Below are positions 38,954-48,449 of a DNA stretch of 64,000 nucleotides, piece after piece. This DNA comes from a bacterium. Its GTDB lineage: Bacteria; UBA8248. A program made the position numbers and the translations under genes. Each line of letters opens with the position of its first letter. Within the stretch, counting starts at the first letter, position 1. The notes under the pieces are model-generated. The model did no database searches, was not told the origin of the DNA, and saw nothing but the letters and a program-made list of their open reading frames with translations. The stretch lies in assembly GCA_965218885.1 (NCBI GenBank), contig OZ244713.1, positions 2,104,638 to 2,168,637 on the forward strand, written 5' to 3'.

Positions 38954-41254
38954 ATGGCGGAAGCCAAAGACATGGGCGGCGCCGTAATCGGCGAATCTCT
39001 GCCCTTTTTGGACGATCCCGAAAAGGCGACCGGCGCTGCGGATTATCTCGACGATCTCCAGCTACCGGGAATGTTAACGGGCAAGGCGCTTCGCAGCGAA
39101 TACGCGCATGCCGAGATATGTTCGATCGACACGCGCGAAGCCCTGCGCGTCCCCGGCGTCGTTGCCGTTCTCACGGGCGATGACCTGCCGAACCATTCCC
39201 ACATCATTCCCCACGAGCGGGCCATGCCCGTCATCGCCTACGACAGGGTGCGCTATATGGGCGAAGTGGTCGCCCTCATTGCGGCGGAGACGCTCGAGGC
39301 GGCCGAGGCGGCGATGCGGCTGATACAGGTCGAATACCGCCCCCTGCCCGTCGTCTCCGATCCGCGCGAGGCGATGAAGAGAGGGGCGGAAAAACTCTTT
39401 CCCGGTGGAAACGTCCTGAACCAGGCGAAGATACGGAAAGGGGATGTCGGTGACGGCTTCGAGAAAGCCGACGTGATTGTCGAGAATGAATACTCGACTC
39501 CCTCCGTCGATCATCTTTATCTCGAGGTGGAGGCGGCGTGCGCGAGTCCGAACCCCGGCGGCGGAATTCAAATCTGGGGCTCGACCCAGCAGCCCTTTCT
39601 GGTGCGGCAGAACGTCGCCCGGATGCTGGGGCTCAAGGGTGAGAGTTCGGTTCGTTTCGTCCAGACGATCACCGGCGGGGCTTTCGGCGGAAAGAGCGAA
39701 GCGAGTCTCGACGTGTGCCTGCGCGCCGCGGCGCTCGCCGATGCCGCGGGCAGGCCCGTGAAGCTCGTGTATTCGCGCGAAGAAAGCATGATCGCCTCCT
39801 CGAAGCGTCACGCCACGTTCATCCGCTCGAAAACGGGAGCGACGAAAGACGGCCGCCTGGTGGCCGTTGAAGTGGAGGTATGGCTCGACAAGGGGGCGTA
39901 TGCGGCCAACGGGGGGGATAATCCGCCCGCTTTCAAGCGCGCGACCTACCATGCCGCCGGTCCCTATCAGGTGGCCAACACGAAGGTGGACGTGCACTGC
40001 GTGCACACGAATCACCCCTACGGAGGCCAGATGCGCGGGCCGGGATGTCCCCAGGTTCACTTCGCAGGTGAGCAGCAAATCGATGAAATCGCCAAGGTAT
40101 TGGGTATGGACCCCATCGAGATCAGGCGTATCAACGGGCTCCGGGTCGGTTCCCGTACGGCGTGGAACCAGCATTTGCCCGAGAGCGTCGGTTTTCTCGA
40201 TACGCTGAAGGAAGTGGGGGAGGCCTCATCCTGGGGAAGAGAGGGTGATGGAAACCGGAGACACGAAGATGGCCGTTTGCGTGGGCGCGGCGTGGCGAGT
40301 TGTCTGTATGGGACGGGGAACGCCTATTCTCCGGCCGAGGCGCACGTTTTTCTCCGGGCGGACGGCAAGGTGCAGGTGGCCGCCGGGGTCGTGGATTTCG
40401 GCCAGGGGAGCAAGACGGTGCTTTGCCAGATCGCTTCGGAGACGCTGGATATCCCGTACTCCGAGTTTTTGATGGATAGCGTGGATACCGCCATCGATCC
40501 GTTTGGCGGCACCAGTTCGAGTTCCCGAATCACCATGCAGGGCGGAAAGGCGGTCTACAACGCTTCTCTCAAGGCGCGCGTCGAATTGTTGCGCCTCGGC
40601 GGAATTCTGCTGGAGGCGGACCCCGAAGATCTGGAATTGCGAGGCGGCGTGGTTCGTTCGCGCTCGTATGAGGAAACGAGCATCACGCTTGCCGAGATCG
40701 CCAAGGCGTTCGTCGCCGATGAACTCAAACAAATCGCCGCTGCGGACAGCATTCCACCGCCTGCGAAAACCGACAAGGAAACGGGCCTGGGCGAGCCGTA
40801 TGAAGTCTACGGATTCGGCAGCCAGGTGGCCGAGGTGCTGGTGGACGAAGAGACCGGAGAGGTGGAGATCACCGGCGTCTGGGCAGCGCACGACGTGGGC
40901 CGGGCGATAAGCCCCATGGGCGTGGAGCAGCAGATCGAGGGCGGCGTGTATATGGGCATCGGTTTTTGCATGATGGAGGAAGTCGTTCAGCGGGAGGGTT
41001 TGATGCAAAACCCCGACATGCACGGCTACCTCGCTCCGACGGTGGAGGACGTGCCGGACCGGGTGGCGTCCGTCATCGTGGAGGATTCCTACTCGAACGG
41101 CCCTTACGGGGCGAAGGGAGTCGGGGAGCAGGTGAATGTCCCCACCGCGGCCGCCATCGCCAATGCGATTTACGACGCCACGGGCGTCCGGTTCCATGAC
41201 TTGCCCCTGACGCCGGATAGAGTCGCGATGGCGCTTTTGAAGGCGAGGTCGTGA
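38954..41254 (+). CDS. Xanthine dehydrogenase/aldehyde oxidase-family molybdopterin-binding large subunit (CoxL/XdhA-like). No FeS or FAD subunit genes are adjacent.
   Basis: 766 aa with the a/b-hammerhead and MoCo-binding domains. The GGAFGGK-type motif (TGGAFGGKSE) is typical of the family. Confidence 0.75.
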   Translation: MAEAKDMGGAVIGESLPFLDDPEKATGAADYLDDLQLPGMLTGKALRSEYAHAEICSIDTREALRVPGVVAVLTGDDLPNHSHIIPHERAMPVIAYDRVRYMGEVVALIAAETLEAAEAAMRLIQVEYRPLPVVSDPREAMKRGAEKLFPGGNVLNQAKIRKGDVGDGFEKADVIVENEYSTPSVDHLYLEVEAACASPNPGGGIQIWGSTQQPFLVRQNVARMLGLKGESSVRFVQTITGGAFGGKSEASLDVCLRAAALADAAGRPVKLVYSREESMIASSKRHATFIRSKTGATKDGRLVAVEVEVWLDKGAYAANGGDNPPAFKRATYHAAGPYQVANTKVDVHCVHTNHPYGGQMRGPGCPQVHFAGEQQIDEIAKVLGMDPIEIRRINGLRVGSRTAWNQHLPESVGFLDTLKEVGEASSWGREGDGNRRHEDGRLRGRGVASCLYGTGNAYSPAEAHVFLRADGKVQVAAGVVDFGQGSKTVLCQIASETLDIPYSEFLMDSVDTAIDPFGGTSSSSRITMQGGKAVYNASLKARVELLRLGGILLEADPEDLELRGGVVRSRSYEETSITLAEIAKAFVADELKQIAAADSIPPPAKTDKETGLGEPYEVYGFGSQVAEVLVDEETGEVEITGVWAAHDVGRAISPMGVEQQIEGGVYMGIGFCMMEEVVQREGLMQNPDMHGYLAPTVEDVPDRVASVIVEDSYSNGPYGAKGVGEQVNVPTAAAIANAIYDATGVRFHDLPLTPDRVAMALLKARS

Positions 41255-41373
41255 TTTCGGGATTTTTTAATTCACTCACCGTTGCCGGCTCAGACGCCAG
41301 GAAAAATCTGTCCTAGAAATTGTATGTCACGCTCAGCGCGATGAAGCTGTCTAGCGGGTGAGACGAGCGCGCA

Positions 41374-43668
41374 TCATAATTCCTTCCGGTCGAGAGCCAT
41401 CAGCAGAGTCGGCAGAAGCAGGAAATCGGCCAAAAGCGCAAAGACGAGCGTGATCCCGACCAGAAGGCCGAGTGACCAACTGAGTTCGAATCCCGAGAAA
41501 GAGAACACCAGAAAGCCCAACGATAAAACCGCGGTCGTGGTCCACAGCGCATGACCTACGGTGTTGAAGGTGGCGCGTACCGCATCGGGCGGGGATAGAC
41601 CCTCCTCACGGCGGGTTTTCAGATATTTGCTCAGAAAGTGAATCGTGTCGTCCACGATGATTCCGAAGGCGATGGCGACGACGACCGAGGAGGCAATACC
41701 TACCCGGCCGACCAGATGACCCCACAGGCCGAAGCTCATGGCCGCGGGAATGAAGTTGGGCACCAGGCTGATCAGACCCAGGCGAATGCTTTTGAAAACC
41801 AGTATCAAAATGAACGAAATAAGGGCCATGGCGATGATCGTGCCGCGCAGCATGCTGTGGATGTTTCGTTGGGAAAGGTGGGCGAAGATCATGCTGATGC
41901 CCGACGCTTCGGCCGCGAATTCGGGTAAGTTGGCGCGGAGCCAGGCCTGTGCGCGTGCGTCGAGATCGCGGTGGTCCCGGGAGGATATGCTGCGGACCAC
42001 GACGGTCATGCGCGTTGTGGATTTGGAGACGTCGATGCGGTTGTTGAGGTCGCTGCCGAAGGGAAGCGAGAACTCGTAGAGCAACAGATATTGCGCGGCG
42101 AGTTTGGGGTTGTCCGGTATTTGGTAGAAGGCCGGATTATCCCCGTGCATGTTCTTGTTCAGGCGCTTCATGATGTCCGGGAAGGCACGGACGTGACTCA
42201 CTTGGGGCTGCTTCCTGTACCATTCTGCGAAGGCGTCGACTTTTTTCAGGTATGCGGGGTCGGTGATGCCGCCTTCGCGTCCCGCTTTCAGCGCGTATTC
42301 CAGCGAATCCACGCCGGTCAGGTTTTCGATGACGAAGTCCGTGTCGCGCCGGAACTCGTAGCGCTCGTCGAAATAGTGCGCCCATCTGTCGGTCAACTCG
42401 TTGCGGGGAATGCCGCTGATGAGAACAACCGTCAGAATGGCGATGAACCAGAGCAGAGGCGTGCGGCGCTCGACGACGAAAGCGCCGAAGCGGTCGAAGA
42501 AGGCGGGCCGCTCGGCGCGGCGGCGCGGCGCGCGCAGCGGCAGGATGGAAAGCAGCGCCGGCAGAAGCGTCATGGAGTAGACGAAGGCGCACACCACGCC
42601 GAACGCCACGAAATTGCCCAGGACGTGAAAAGGCGGCGAATCCGAGGCGTTCAGGCTCAAAAATCCGATCACGGTCGTGATCGAGGTCAGGAACACGGGC
42701 CAGACGTTCTCTCGAAACGATTCCGCGATCGCCGCGTTCCTGTCTAGCCCACGCCCCATGCCCATCAGCGTGGCCGTGACGATGTGGACCGAATGGGCGA
42801 CGGAAACCGCCATAATGATGATCGGGACACCGGAATTGGCGGGGCTGAACACCGTGCCGAGCCAGCCTGCGACCCCCATGGTGTTCATGACGATGAACAC
42901 GAGCGCGATGATGATGGACAAGGTGCCGAGCACAGAGCGCAGGAGGAGTATGGTGGTGGCTACGATGATGAGAAACACAATCGGCGTGAGGATTTCGAGA
43001 TCGTCCTTCGTGGCGTCGGAGAAGGCGCGATGCATGACGACGTCGCCGGTCAGGTAATAGGCGATGTCCGGATGTTTCGCGCGCGCCTCCTTCAAAGCGG
43101 CGTTCAGATAATCGTTTATTTCGAGCACCGCGGCGTCGAGGTTGTCAGGCAGGATGAAAGTGACGGCCAGAGCTCCCACGCGTCCGTCGCGGGAGACGAG
43201 GCGCCCGGCGATTTCTGTGGCGCCCAGCGCGATTTTCCTGATTAGCGCGAGGTCGGCGTCTGTAAGCGCGCTCGCGTCGTCGACGAGCGGCTCGACAATC
43301 AGATCGTCTCCCTCCGCCCGGCTGTGGGAATAGTTGGTGAGGGAGTCGACCCGGCTGGAATGTGGCGTCTTCCACGCGGCTTTGGTCAGATCCTCGATAG
43401 CGCCGAGCGCCTCTTTGGTGAACACCGAGCCTTTTCGGGGCGCGATGGCGATGAGCGCCGTGTCGGATGTGGAGAAGGTGTTCTCGAGCGCGTTGAAAGC
43501 GGCGAGTTGCGGATTGTTTTCGCCGAACATAATGCGGTAATCGTTCGTGGTCTTGATGAAGCGCCCGCCCCCCGCCGTGATCAGCATGAGCAGCGTGGCG
43601 AGCGCGACGACCAGCCACCGATGGCGCAGAACGACGTCGATATAGCGGTCCAATTGCACGGGATTCAT
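41374..43668 (-). CDS. RND-superfamily MMPL-type exporter (COG1033-like). This is copy 1.
   Basis: 764 aa with two 6-TM bundles and two periplasmic domains. It is ~60-70% identical to 48450-50738. Confidence 0.8.
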   Translation of the reverse strand: MNPVQLDRYIDVVLRHRWLVVALATLLMLITAGGGRFIKTTNDYRIMFGENNPQLAAFNALENTFSTSDTALIAIAPRKGSVFTKEALGAIEDLTKAAWKTPHSSRVDSLTNYSHSRAEGDDLIVEPLVDDASALTDADLALIRKIALGATEIAGRLVSRDGRVGALAVTFILPDNLDAAVLEINDYLNAALKEARAKHPDIAYYLTGDVVMHRAFSDATKDDLEILTPIVFLIIVATTILLLRSVLGTLSIIIALVFIVMNTMGVAGWLGTVFSPANSGVPIIIMAVSVAHSVHIVTATLMGMGRGLDRNAAIAESFRENVWPVFLTSITTVIGFLSLNASDSPPFHVLGNFVAFGVVCAFVYSMTLLPALLSILPLRAPRRRAERPAFFDRFGAFVVERRTPLLWFIAILTVVLISGIPRNELTDRWAHYFDERYEFRRDTDFVIENLTGVDSLEYALKAGREGGITDPAYLKKVDAFAEWYRKQPQVSHVRAFPDIMKRLNKNMHGDNPAFYQIPDNPKLAAQYLLLYEFSLPFGSDLNNRIDVSKSTTRMTVVVRSISSRDHRDLDARAQAWLRANLPEFAAEASGISMIFAHLSQRNIHSMLRGTIIAMALISFILILVFKSIRLGLISLVPNFIPAAMSFGLWGHLVGRVGIASSVVVAIAFGIIVDDTIHFLSKYLKTRREEGLSPPDAVRATFNTVGHALWTTTAVLSLGFLVFSFSGFELSWSLGLLVGITLVFALLADFLLLPTLLMALDRKEL

Positions 43669-43798
43669 CGCCTCGGTATCACGGGCCGGGTGCGGCTAGG
43701 GGCTCACCGATTCGAGCGCGCGGCACCATCGACGCGACCAGGCTTTCTTTTGACGGATGGAGACGGGCGCGCCACGATACGCACAATATGAACATCGC

Positions 43799-44965
43799 TT
43801 ACCAGTCGCTTGATTCTGCCGTGTGTACGTGGTCGGGCATCTTGTAACTCAGTCCACCTTCGTCGTACACCGAGATTTGGATAAGCTGGGAGAAATTCTG
43901 TGATCTGACGAACTGTTTGTTCTTCAAAAATCGCTGGATGCGTTGTTTCAGCCGGAAACTGAACAGGGTCGTCGCGTTTTCAAAGAAAGAGAACCTCGGA
44001 AAATCGAACTGTTCGGCGAGGTCTTTTCCAATCAACGACCGCGAAAGGCGGTAGGCCAGATTCGTCAACTCTTTCTGCTCATCCGGATCCGTTACGCCCG
44101 CGACTATCGGAATGGCCGTGATCAGCGTATTCGCCACGGCTACCGAGTCGGCGTCCGCCCGGGGTTCGCACATATAGCCGATCTCGTATATTTTTTGCGC
44201 CTCAGCACCTGTGGTATAGAGGATGGTTTCGGGTATCCCCATGAGATAGCCGGCGTAGCGCCAAATGGCGAGAACGCTTTCTTGTTCTTCCTTGTTGTAG
44301 CGCGCGCCCATCGCCATCGAGTATTCCAACAGGCGCATGGAGAAGACGGAGATGGCGAAACCCAGGTGCGCCGCGCTTACCGGCGCGCCCCAGGCTCCGT
44401 GGTCCCAATCCTCGGATTGATTCAGCAGGTGCCTGATTCGGGCATGAATGAAGCGAATGCGCATGGACAGCTTCCATCCATCGCCGTTTCTCAACATGCC
44501 ACCCGGGAAAAATATCTCCATCATGTGGCGGTTGTTCTGCTGGAGGCGTCTTTTGGTCATCGCCACTCGCCCGGTAATCGAGAAAGACTTGGCGATGAGC
44601 GTCGAGAAGCCCTCCACCAGCACTCCCGTAACGAATGCGGTGAGCATGAGGTCTACGTTTACGTTAAAGGAGCGAATCCCTGGCTGGAAGGCTTTGTAGC
44701 CGAGCCAGGGAGGTTCTTCGAAGTTGTTGAAGAAATCGCGCAGGATTTTTGGCGCAATAGCCAGAGTCTCATCCTGCTGCTCTATGCCGGCCTCGACGAA
44801 CCGATGCAGGATCCTGGGAGGCAACGAGGAGAGTTCCTCCATGATCTCGTCCATCACGGGGTCGCCAATCATGGTGTGCTTGATATAGTTGTCGGCCGCG
44901 GCTTTATCGCGGGGAAGAACCTTCTTCTCGTAACCCTCAACGTATGCCGATGGGATTTCCGTCAT
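43799..44965 (-). CDS. Hypothetical protein, possibly DUF2236/MpaB-like. It was not confidently recognised.
   Basis: ORF of 388 aa with good coding look. No motif was confidently identified. Confidence 0.3.
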   Translation of the reverse strand: MTEIPSAYVEGYEKKVLPRDKAAADNYIKHTMIGDPVMDEIMEELSSLPPRILHRFVEAGIEQQDETLAIAPKILRDFFNNFEEPPWLGYKAFQPGIRSFNVNVDLMLTAFVTGVLVEGFSTLIAKSFSITGRVAMTKRRLQQNNRHMMEIFFPGGMLRNGDGWKLSMRIRFIHARIRHLLNQSEDWDHGAWGAPVSAAHLGFAISVFSMRLLEYSMAMGARYNKEEQESVLAIWRYAGYLMGIPETILYTTGAEAQKIYEIGYMCEPRADADSVAVANTLITAIPIVAGVTDPDEQKELTNLAYRLSRSLIGKDLAEQFDFPRFSFFENATTLFSFRLKQRIQRFLKNKQFVRSQNFSQLIQISVYDEGGLSYKMPDHVHTAESSDW

Positions 44966-45189
44966 CTTATCAGACCCTCTCTGATGTTTATCTACATGCG
45001 TTCACGAATCTACAAGACTTTAGAAATATGAAGCCATCTTGAAAAAAGTCAAGAGCTCATACTCGTCAGCGTAGATAGAACTTAGAGAATGCCCTCGTGA
45101 AGGTAACTTCTGCACCCGTTTGTTCCATTTTTCTTTAACATATCCTTACAACTTGTTTAATATACTATCCATGCGTTCTCTTATGCAAT

Positions 45190-45330
45190 AGATTTTTCAG
45201 CCGATTCCGGACGGGTATCCCAGCCTCTTGGTTCGCCCACAATTCCTGCGACAGGATTCACGCGGAATCTCTCACCCTTTGTCCCAAGGGTGAGACGAGC
45301 GCGCCCTATCACTCCCTCCGGTCGATGGCC
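45190..45330. repeat. ~230-nt repeat unit (degenerate livF 3'-end remnant, a short hairpin and the last ~8 codons plus 3' flank of an MMPL gene). Related copies lie at ~48340-48470 and ~47940-47990, in part at ~50950-51050 (the intact livF end), and at the 3' end of MMPL copy 1 (~41345-41410).
   Basis: Shared strings were read directly: ...tttcagccgaKYccggacggg...cctcgttcgcccMMaattSc...aggattcacgSg...ccctttgYYccaagggtRagaYgRgc...tcactccYtccgRtcRatggcc. Minus-strand translation of the 45300-45330 copy gives ...AIDRRE*, the MMPL C-terminal motif. Confidence 0.6.
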
Positions 45331-45772
45331 CTCACCGCGCCGCTTCCTCATGGAGTGCCTGCGCATGTACCCGATTGTCCCGATGTCTATGCGAGACGTG
45401 ATGAATTCGTTTGTGGTCGAGGGCTACGAACTACCGGTGGGGTCACGGATCTACATTGCCCAGACGGCCTCGCATTACGTGGACGACGTCTTCCCGGACC
45501 CCTACTCATTCGATATCGATCGCTATCTGCCTCCACGCAACGAGCACCGCAGTCCCGGGTACGCGCCGTACGGGCTGGGCACGCACACGTGTCTCGGCTC
45601 CCGGTGGGTGGAGCTGCAACTGGCCGTCAACGTGCTGATGGTCGCGCATTACTTTACCCTCGAGGTGTCCCCCGCGAACTATAAGCTCCGGTTCAGCCCG
45701 CTTCCGTCGATGAAACCGAGCAAAAAGCTGAAGTTCCACATCACCGGGCAGAAGCGCGAACTGCCCGTCTGA
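45326..45772 (+). pseudogene. Cytochrome P450 C-terminal fragment (~140 aa including the heme-binding loop). The N-terminal ~260 aa are missing.
   Basis: It has the ExxR motif (ECLRMYP), a PERF-like region and the heme Cys loop YGLGTHTCLGSRW. The homology starts abruptly at a junction with an MMPL 3'-end remnant. Confidence 0.7.
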
Positions 45773-45902
45773 CGCACCAGGGCCTCCGGATCCGGGGCAC
45801 GGGGTAGGTGGGTTTTCCGCACTTGAACACCTTCTGCGCACAAGTCCGAAGGTGTCCACCAAAACGGGGTAACTCCAGGCACAGAGGCAAGAAAAATCTG
45901 CT

Positions 45903-47159
45903 CTAGAAGTTGTACGTCACGTTCAGCGCCACGAAGCTGTCTCGCCTCGTGTCATAGATGATGTCCTCTTCGTCGACATCCATGAGAACAATCGCTTCGA
46001 GCTTCAGGGACCACTGGTCCGAAAGTCGGCGTCTCATTTCGATGCTCAGGGTGCGTGTTGTATGATCCGCGTCCGCGAGAACACCGGCGATGAGTTCCGT
46101 GCTCTGGGTGTCGTTCAGCGCAAGGCGAACGGCGTAGAAGAGGTCGTTCTGGAACTCGGAGTTCGAACGCAGTCCCCGCTCGTCGTAATTCCATTCGGCG
46201 AGCAGGCCGAGATCGGCGGCCGAGCCCCAGATGGAGTTGAAGGTGTATTCACCCCCGATAACGAAAGCGGCGTAGTCTTCTTTCACGCCCCGGAGGTTTC
46301 GGGCGCCTTCGCGCTGAAGGGCTTCCAACTTGAACAGCCAAGACTCCACGGTAAACTGGGCGTCCACGCTGAACTGGCGCATCTGCTCGTAGTGTTGGCT
46401 TAAGGTCACCGCGCCGCGAGAGTCCACGCGCGGCATGAAAAAAGGCTCCCGGCTGGTGCCCTCGAATACGCTGAGCCCTAAATCGAAAGGCCCGAAGCTG
46501 TGGCTGTAGCGCGCCGCGAGGTCCACGCGCCACTCCTTGGCGGCGCTTTCGTATGAAACGTGCTCATCGTCTATGAGAATCGAGGAGCGCAGGCGGCCAT
46601 GGCGGCCCGGGAAGGTGCGCGCGCGGTGATAGGTCAGGGCGAAAAATTCCAGGATGCCCCACTCCGCCGACCAGGTGAGGTGGGCCATGGGCTGGCCCAG
46701 TTTGGCCTCTTTGTTCGGATGTTCGATGAGGTCGGTCTGGTTGATGATGTCGACCAAGTGCTGCGATTCGGTGACTCCCCAGAACACGCGGTCCACACCC
46801 AGTCGTAACTCCCATTCCCCATGGCTGATTTCACCAAACACCAAGAGATAGGCTTCGCGCAGATCGGCATGGGTGCGGCGCGAGTCCGCCCCGTCGTAGC
46901 GAAAAAACGGCGCGATCGTGAAACTCCAGTTGCCCTCGTCTTTGAGATGGAGTTTCGGCTCGGCGGCGAAACCGCTCACATGTGCGCGCTGGCCGGGATG
47001 GGCCGCGTCCTGGGGATACCACCGGCTGTCGACGTCCAGGCTGCCGGAGAGTTCGTGCTCGATGCTTTCGGCCCCGTGGCTCGACCCGGCGAAAAAGAAA
47101 ACAGCCAGGAAGGGGACGGCGGCGAGCACCGCGCGGTGAAGAGCGGCGCGCAGCGGCAT
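45903..47159 (-). CDS. Outer-membrane beta-barrel protein with a signal peptide and a C-terminal aromatic residue.
   Basis: It has a signal peptide, alternating amphipathic strands and a C-terminal ...VTYNF. It is cotranscribed with the LolA-like gene and an MMPL gene. Confidence 0.5.
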   Translation of the reverse strand: MPLRAALHRAVLAAVPFLAVFFFAGSSHGAESIEHELSGSLDVDSRWYPQDAAHPGQRAHVSGFAAEPKLHLKDEGNWSFTIAPFFRYDGADSRRTHADLREAYLLVFGEISHGEWELRLGVDRVFWGVTESQHLVDIINQTDLIEHPNKEAKLGQPMAHLTWSAEWGILEFFALTYHRARTFPGRHGRLRSSILIDDEHVSYESAAKEWRVDLAARYSHSFGPFDLGLSVFEGTSREPFFMPRVDSRGAVTLSQHYEQMRQFSVDAQFTVESWLFKLEALQREGARNLRGVKEDYAAFVIGGEYTFNSIWGSAADLGLLAEWNYDERGLRSNSEFQNDLFYAVRLALNDTQSTELIAGVLADADHTTRTLSIEMRRRLSDQWSLKLEAIVLMDVDEEDIIYDTRRDSFVALNVTYNF

Positions 47160-47977
47160 CAGCGCACCCGTTTCAGCCCGGTCCGGGTGAAGTCGCGGTC
47201 TTTGAGGTTGGTGCGGAACTTGTAGTCCTTCCAGCGCAGCACGGTGCTTTTGCCCGTCAGGTGGTTCACCATCTTCATTTCGCTGGCCTGCCAGTAGCGA
47301 TCCAGATACTTCTTGTATTTCCCCAGCGTGAGCGTCTTTAAGTGTGAGTTCTTCCGGTCGTAGTACTGCACCTTCCAGGCGCGAAGATCGCCCTTATCCT
47401 GCCAGACGATTTGGCGCCGGTAGCCCGACCTCTTGCTCACAGGGAAGCGCTCGACGACCGTGCAGGTCAGTTTGCCGCAAGCCTCATCGCGCAGGTAGCG
47501 GTATGTGTATTTCTCCACCTCCTGGGTGCCCATGTCCTCATAAGCGAATTCGCTTCCCATGAATGAGCCGGATTGGTTCGACGAACTGATGCGCTTGACC
47601 CGTTTGAGAGCGGGCAGGTAGAGCCATTGATCGTCGTTCTTCTTCTTGTGTGTGTGGACGAGCAGCGCGGTGCCTTTGACGTCGCGCGGGCGATCGAAGA
47701 CGAACAGGCTCTTGTTGCCTCCTCCGTCCGTCTCGAGAACCTTCACGCGGAGCCGGCGCCGGCTCTCCTGCCCGTGCTTGTTGCGCAGCACCATGTTCTG
47801 CTCGGCCGTGAAATTCCCAAAACCTTTCGCTTTCTCGCGGGTCTCGCTAGCGATCTTCAGCCCTTTTTCTTCGGGCGTCGCGCCCTCGGCACTCGGCGGG
47901 GCAAGCGGATGAACCAGAACGCAAGCGCAGATCGCGAGAAGCAGGAGAGTCGAGCGGGCGAGACGAGCGTGCATCAT
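47159..47977 (-). CDS. Outer-membrane lipoprotein-sorting (LolA-like) family protein, commonly partnered with COG1033 RND exporters.
   Basis: It has a signal peptide. The family assignment rests on overall similarity and context, so confidence is moderate. Confidence 0.45.
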   Translation of the reverse strand: MMHARLARSTLLLLAICACVLVHPLAPPSAEGATPEEKGLKIASETREKAKGFGNFTAEQNMVLRNKHGQESRRRLRVKVLETDGGGNKSLFVFDRPRDVKGTALLVHTHKKKNDDQWLYLPALKRVKRISSSNQSGSFMGSEFAYEDMGTQEVEKYTYRYLRDEACGKLTCTVVERFPVSKRSGYRRQIVWQDKGDLRAWKVQYYDRKNSHLKTLTLGKYKKYLDRYWQASEMKMVNHLTGKSTVLRWKDYKFRTNLKDRDFTRTGLKRVR

Positions 47978-48180
47978 GGTTCCCTCCTGTCGATGGCCAT
48001 CAGCAGAGTCGAGAAAAGCAGAAAATCGGCCAGGAGCGCGATAACAATCGTTATCCCGAGCAGGAGGCCGAGCGCCCTGTCATTTGCCAATCCCGATGCG
48101 GCGAAAGCCATGAAACCCAGGGCAAAAACAGCGGTTGTCATACATAACGCATGGCCTGCGGTGCGAAAGACTGACCGCAC
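47974..48180 (-). pseudogene. MMPL exporter C-terminal fragment (last ~68 aa).
   Basis: MRSVFRTAGHALCMTTAVFALGFMAFAASG...LLADFLLFSTLLMAIDRREP aligns with the C-termini of both full MMPL copies. Confidence 0.75.
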
Positions 48181-48449
48181 GGCCTCGGGCGACGAAAACC
48201 CCTCTTACCGGGCATTCTTTCGAAAAGCCGTTAAAATACCCTCTTAAATGCTTGCCTGCAATTATTTGTTTCAGGGCTCCTTACAACTTCTTTCCATTTC
48301 CTTGACATCTTATCAAATTCGTTCATCAGCGCAATATGCATTTCAGCCGAGCCCGGACGGGTTTTCCGGCTTCCTCGTTCGCCCCAAATTGCCCGGCAGG
48401 ATTCACGGGCAGTCCAGTACCCTTTGCTCCAAGGGTAAGATGGGCATCA

